Origin: Lama guanicoe
Taxonomy: Eukaryota
Direction of reading: 5' to 3'
Assembly: GCA_013239625.1 (NCBI GenBank)
Contig: MU057347.1
Coordinates: forward strand, 13,349,388 to 13,413,387
DNA: 64,000 nucleotides
Positions 61,387 to 64,000 of the stretch are shown here, in pieces (the stretch's first letter is position 1; each line of letters begins with the position of its first letter). The notes below the pieces were generated by a model. The model did no database searches. It was not told the DNA's origin and worked only from the letters and a program-made list of their open reading frames with translations. The position numbers were made by a program, and so were the translations under genes.

Positions 61387-62559
61387 GTGTGCGGAGTCCT
61401 TGGTCAGACCCCCTCCTTTCTCACAGCTCTGCCAAGTTCTTCCTTCCTCCCTCCTCCACCAGAGCTAGGGTTGGGGAGGCCCTCCCACCTCCCAGGCCAC
61501 TTCCCATTTTGGGAATTGGGTTGAGAACTATGCAAGGAGACAGAAATAATTCCTTTTTCGAGCCTGGCCAGGGCCACAGCAGCCCAAACATTGGCCCAAG
61601 ACCAGTGTTGGGGAGGGGCCTCGGAGGGGGCAGATGGGGGTGGGGCTGAGCCCTAGGGCCGGGGGGGGACAAAGGCCTGGGTGTCCAGAAAAGCTTCCTC
61701 ACCCAACCCCAGGGCTAGGTACCAGAAATCTGGGAGACTCAGAAGCTCCCACTGGGGAATTGCCAGGCCAGAAAGGGCTAGGGGTCGGGTATGGGCAGCA
61801 GGATAAAGAAAGAAGCAGCAAGAGGTCACCAAGGCCCCACTGGCAAAGACGACTTGAAAAATGGGCCATTTCTGGAAGTCTGGAAGGGATCTCTGTGCCC
61901 CCTCCCACAGGCAGACAGGGTATCTGCAAAATGGGGGCAGACCCACCAACCCCTCAAGTAATAGATGGTGGCCAGGACGCATCTAGCACACAGTAGGTGC
62001 ACACGAAGTGCAAGTGTCTTTCTGATGAGAATTCAAATACAGCCAGCTTAGCACCCCTGCGCCACTGCCTCCTAGCACGTGACCCTGGGCTAATCACTTC
62101 AACTTGCTCAGTGTCACATTTCACATCTGTAACATGGGAGCAATAACAAAACCTACTTTCCAGGGTGGCTACAAGGATAAAATGACATGACAGGGGTAGA
62201 AAATCGAGCACACAGTAGGTGTACAATGCATTTTAGTCCTTCTTTTCCTTCTCAAAGGATTATTATTATCTCAACGCAGTCTTACAGCAACCCAGCCAGA
62301 GGCAGATCTCAGTCTACATTTTCTAGGTGACACCCACCTGGAACCAGCCTTTTCTCTCTAAGCCTCAGTTTCCCCTTGTGGAAAATGATAGCGAAGGATC
62401 AGAGGAGATGTCCCCTTTCATCATTGTCATCATTAGAGTCTCTGGTGATCGCCAACATTTGACTGCACCATTCCCAGCATGCATTGTCCCCTTCTCAACC
62501 TCTCCCTGGTCAGCTGGGGATCCAGATGGTCCTCAGGAAGCTACCTCCACCCTGCCCCA

Positions 62560-62970
62560 GGGATAAGCCAATGAGCACATTGCATCCCCCAGGATAAACA
62601 CACAGCATCCTCTAGCCACTGGGATTGCTCAGAGTGTGGCATGTGACTTCAGCTAGTGCCATGGGGTTGACTTCTGAGACTTTTGCTGGAATGCTGGGAG
62701 TTCTCTTCTGACTGACATGGTGTGCAAATGTGAAGCCTAGAATTACCTTTGGGGCTCCCATGAGGGGAGCTAACCCAAGAGCACAGCTGACTCACAGATA
62801 AGGGCAAAGCAGAACAAATCCTAGACATTGAAAAGACACCGTGACCCCTCTTTCACCCCTGGATCAAAACTCGCTGAGACATTTCAGTTACAACAACCAA
62901 TAAATGCCCTTGTTTATGCCAGTTTGATTTGGCTTTTTGTTTCTTGCACCCAGATGCATCCTTACAGACA
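62560..62970. mobile_element. MLT1/LTR16-like old LTR
   Basis: ggcatgtgact...gacttttgctggaatgctggg...accaataaatgccc...gccagtttgatttgg. Confidence 0.6.
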
Positions 62971-63785
62971 TATCTCCTTTACCAAACACTTTTTGCCAGT
63001 TTTAACCCACATCATGACTTTTCTAAACAAACACTATTGTTCTTCCCATTTTAGAGATGAGGAAACTGAGGCTCAGAGAAATGAAGTGACCTGCTCAAAA
63101 CCACAGAGTCAGAAAGTGTCAGCACTGCCATATGAATCTGGAAGTGTCTTGTGCTCCTTTCTTTATGCTACATTATCTCCCATTTTCTCATCTATCTCTG
63201 AGCAACAGAGAGGGAGAAAACCAGTAGCTACCACCAAATTTCACTAATAATTTTCTTGGGGAAGACAAATCTCATAGTGCCACAGCCTGGAGATCATTCA
63301 TATTAACCTTCCCCAAACTTCTATTTTGTAGAAGGAGAGTGCCAGGCTCAGAGAGGGGAAGGGACACTGGGAGCAAGAAGCAGATTGGGAGCCACAGCCT
63401 GGGAGAGCAAGAAGATTGTTCCTGGGACAACAGAGGGGTCACCTACCCTTTCATGTCCTCCTAGAGGGCTTCCTTCTGGTAACAAATCACCTCACCCCTT
63501 GGGGAACAGTCCCTCTGCTCTGCAGCCATGTGGTTTGGTTGAAGCTGAGCCCACCTTTAGCTCCAGACCTGGCCAATCAGAACTGTGCATTCCCCTGGCA
63601 ACGATGATTGGCTCAGTTTGAGCACATGACCAAATCAAGCCAATCAGAGGGAATCCTGGTTGTTGGGCAGGGACTACTGGAAAGAGGTGCTCCTTAGTCT
63701 GAAACTCTAGGCTCAGAGCCTGAGATGGGTCACTATGGCTAGTTATAGTTTAATAATCTAGTTCATTTTCACGGTATTCATTTTT

Positions 63786-63896
63786 TTAAAAATTGAAGCA
63801 CAGTCAATTACAATGCATCAATTTCTGATGTAGAGCATAATGTCCCAGTCATGCATATATATACATATATTTGTTTTCATATTCTTTTTTCATTAA
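63786..63896 (-). mobile_element. Young, extremely 5'-truncated L1 3' end (camelid-like) with perfect TSD
   Basis: ttgaagcacagtcaattacaatg...tcaatttctgatgtagagcataatgt...catatatatacatatat...tttcatattctttt; direct repeat ttcacggtattcattttt at 63768-63785 and 63897-63914. Confidence 0.85.
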
Positions 63897-64000
63897 TTCA
63901 CGGTATTCATTTTTAAACGAGCCTTCTATTTATGGTAAGCAACTCAACCCAATTTGCTGGGACCCGCCCAATTTTAAAACTGCAAAGTTCCATGTCCAAA

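Overview
Mammalian genomic DNA. The minus strand carries the last coding exon of KCNB1 (Kv2.1 voltage-gated K+ channel): S1-S6 plus the whole C-terminus at 4349-2340, followed by at least 2.3 kb of probable 3' UTR (2339-1). The rest (4350-64000) is best read as part of the gene's single large coding-region intron; exon 1 (T1 domain) lies outside the window. The intron is packed with ancient repeats (MIR, L2, L1MB/L1ME 3' ends, hAT MERs, MaLR/ERVL/ERV1 solo LTRs), microsatellites and two N gaps. I saw no Alu, B1/B2, Bov-A, PRE-1, Can-SINE or ERE. Two younger L1 3' ends look cetartiodactyl, one camelid-like, so the source is tentatively a camel or alpaca. All other ORFs in the track appear spurious, and I find no new protein-coding system. 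The best leads are regulatory or splicing-related: a split REST/RE1 half-site cluster (~40.9 kb), an intronic CpG island with RFX X-box, YY1 cluster and antisense GC/TATA box (~48 kb), a candidate in-frame 51-nt cassette exon behind a ~200-nt polypyrimidine tract (~35.6 kb), miR-17-family 8mers next to a proximal polyA signal, and a ~24-bp minisatellite built from nuclear-receptor-like palindromes (~58.9 kb). Repeat family names and boundaries are from memory of consensus sequences and are approximate.
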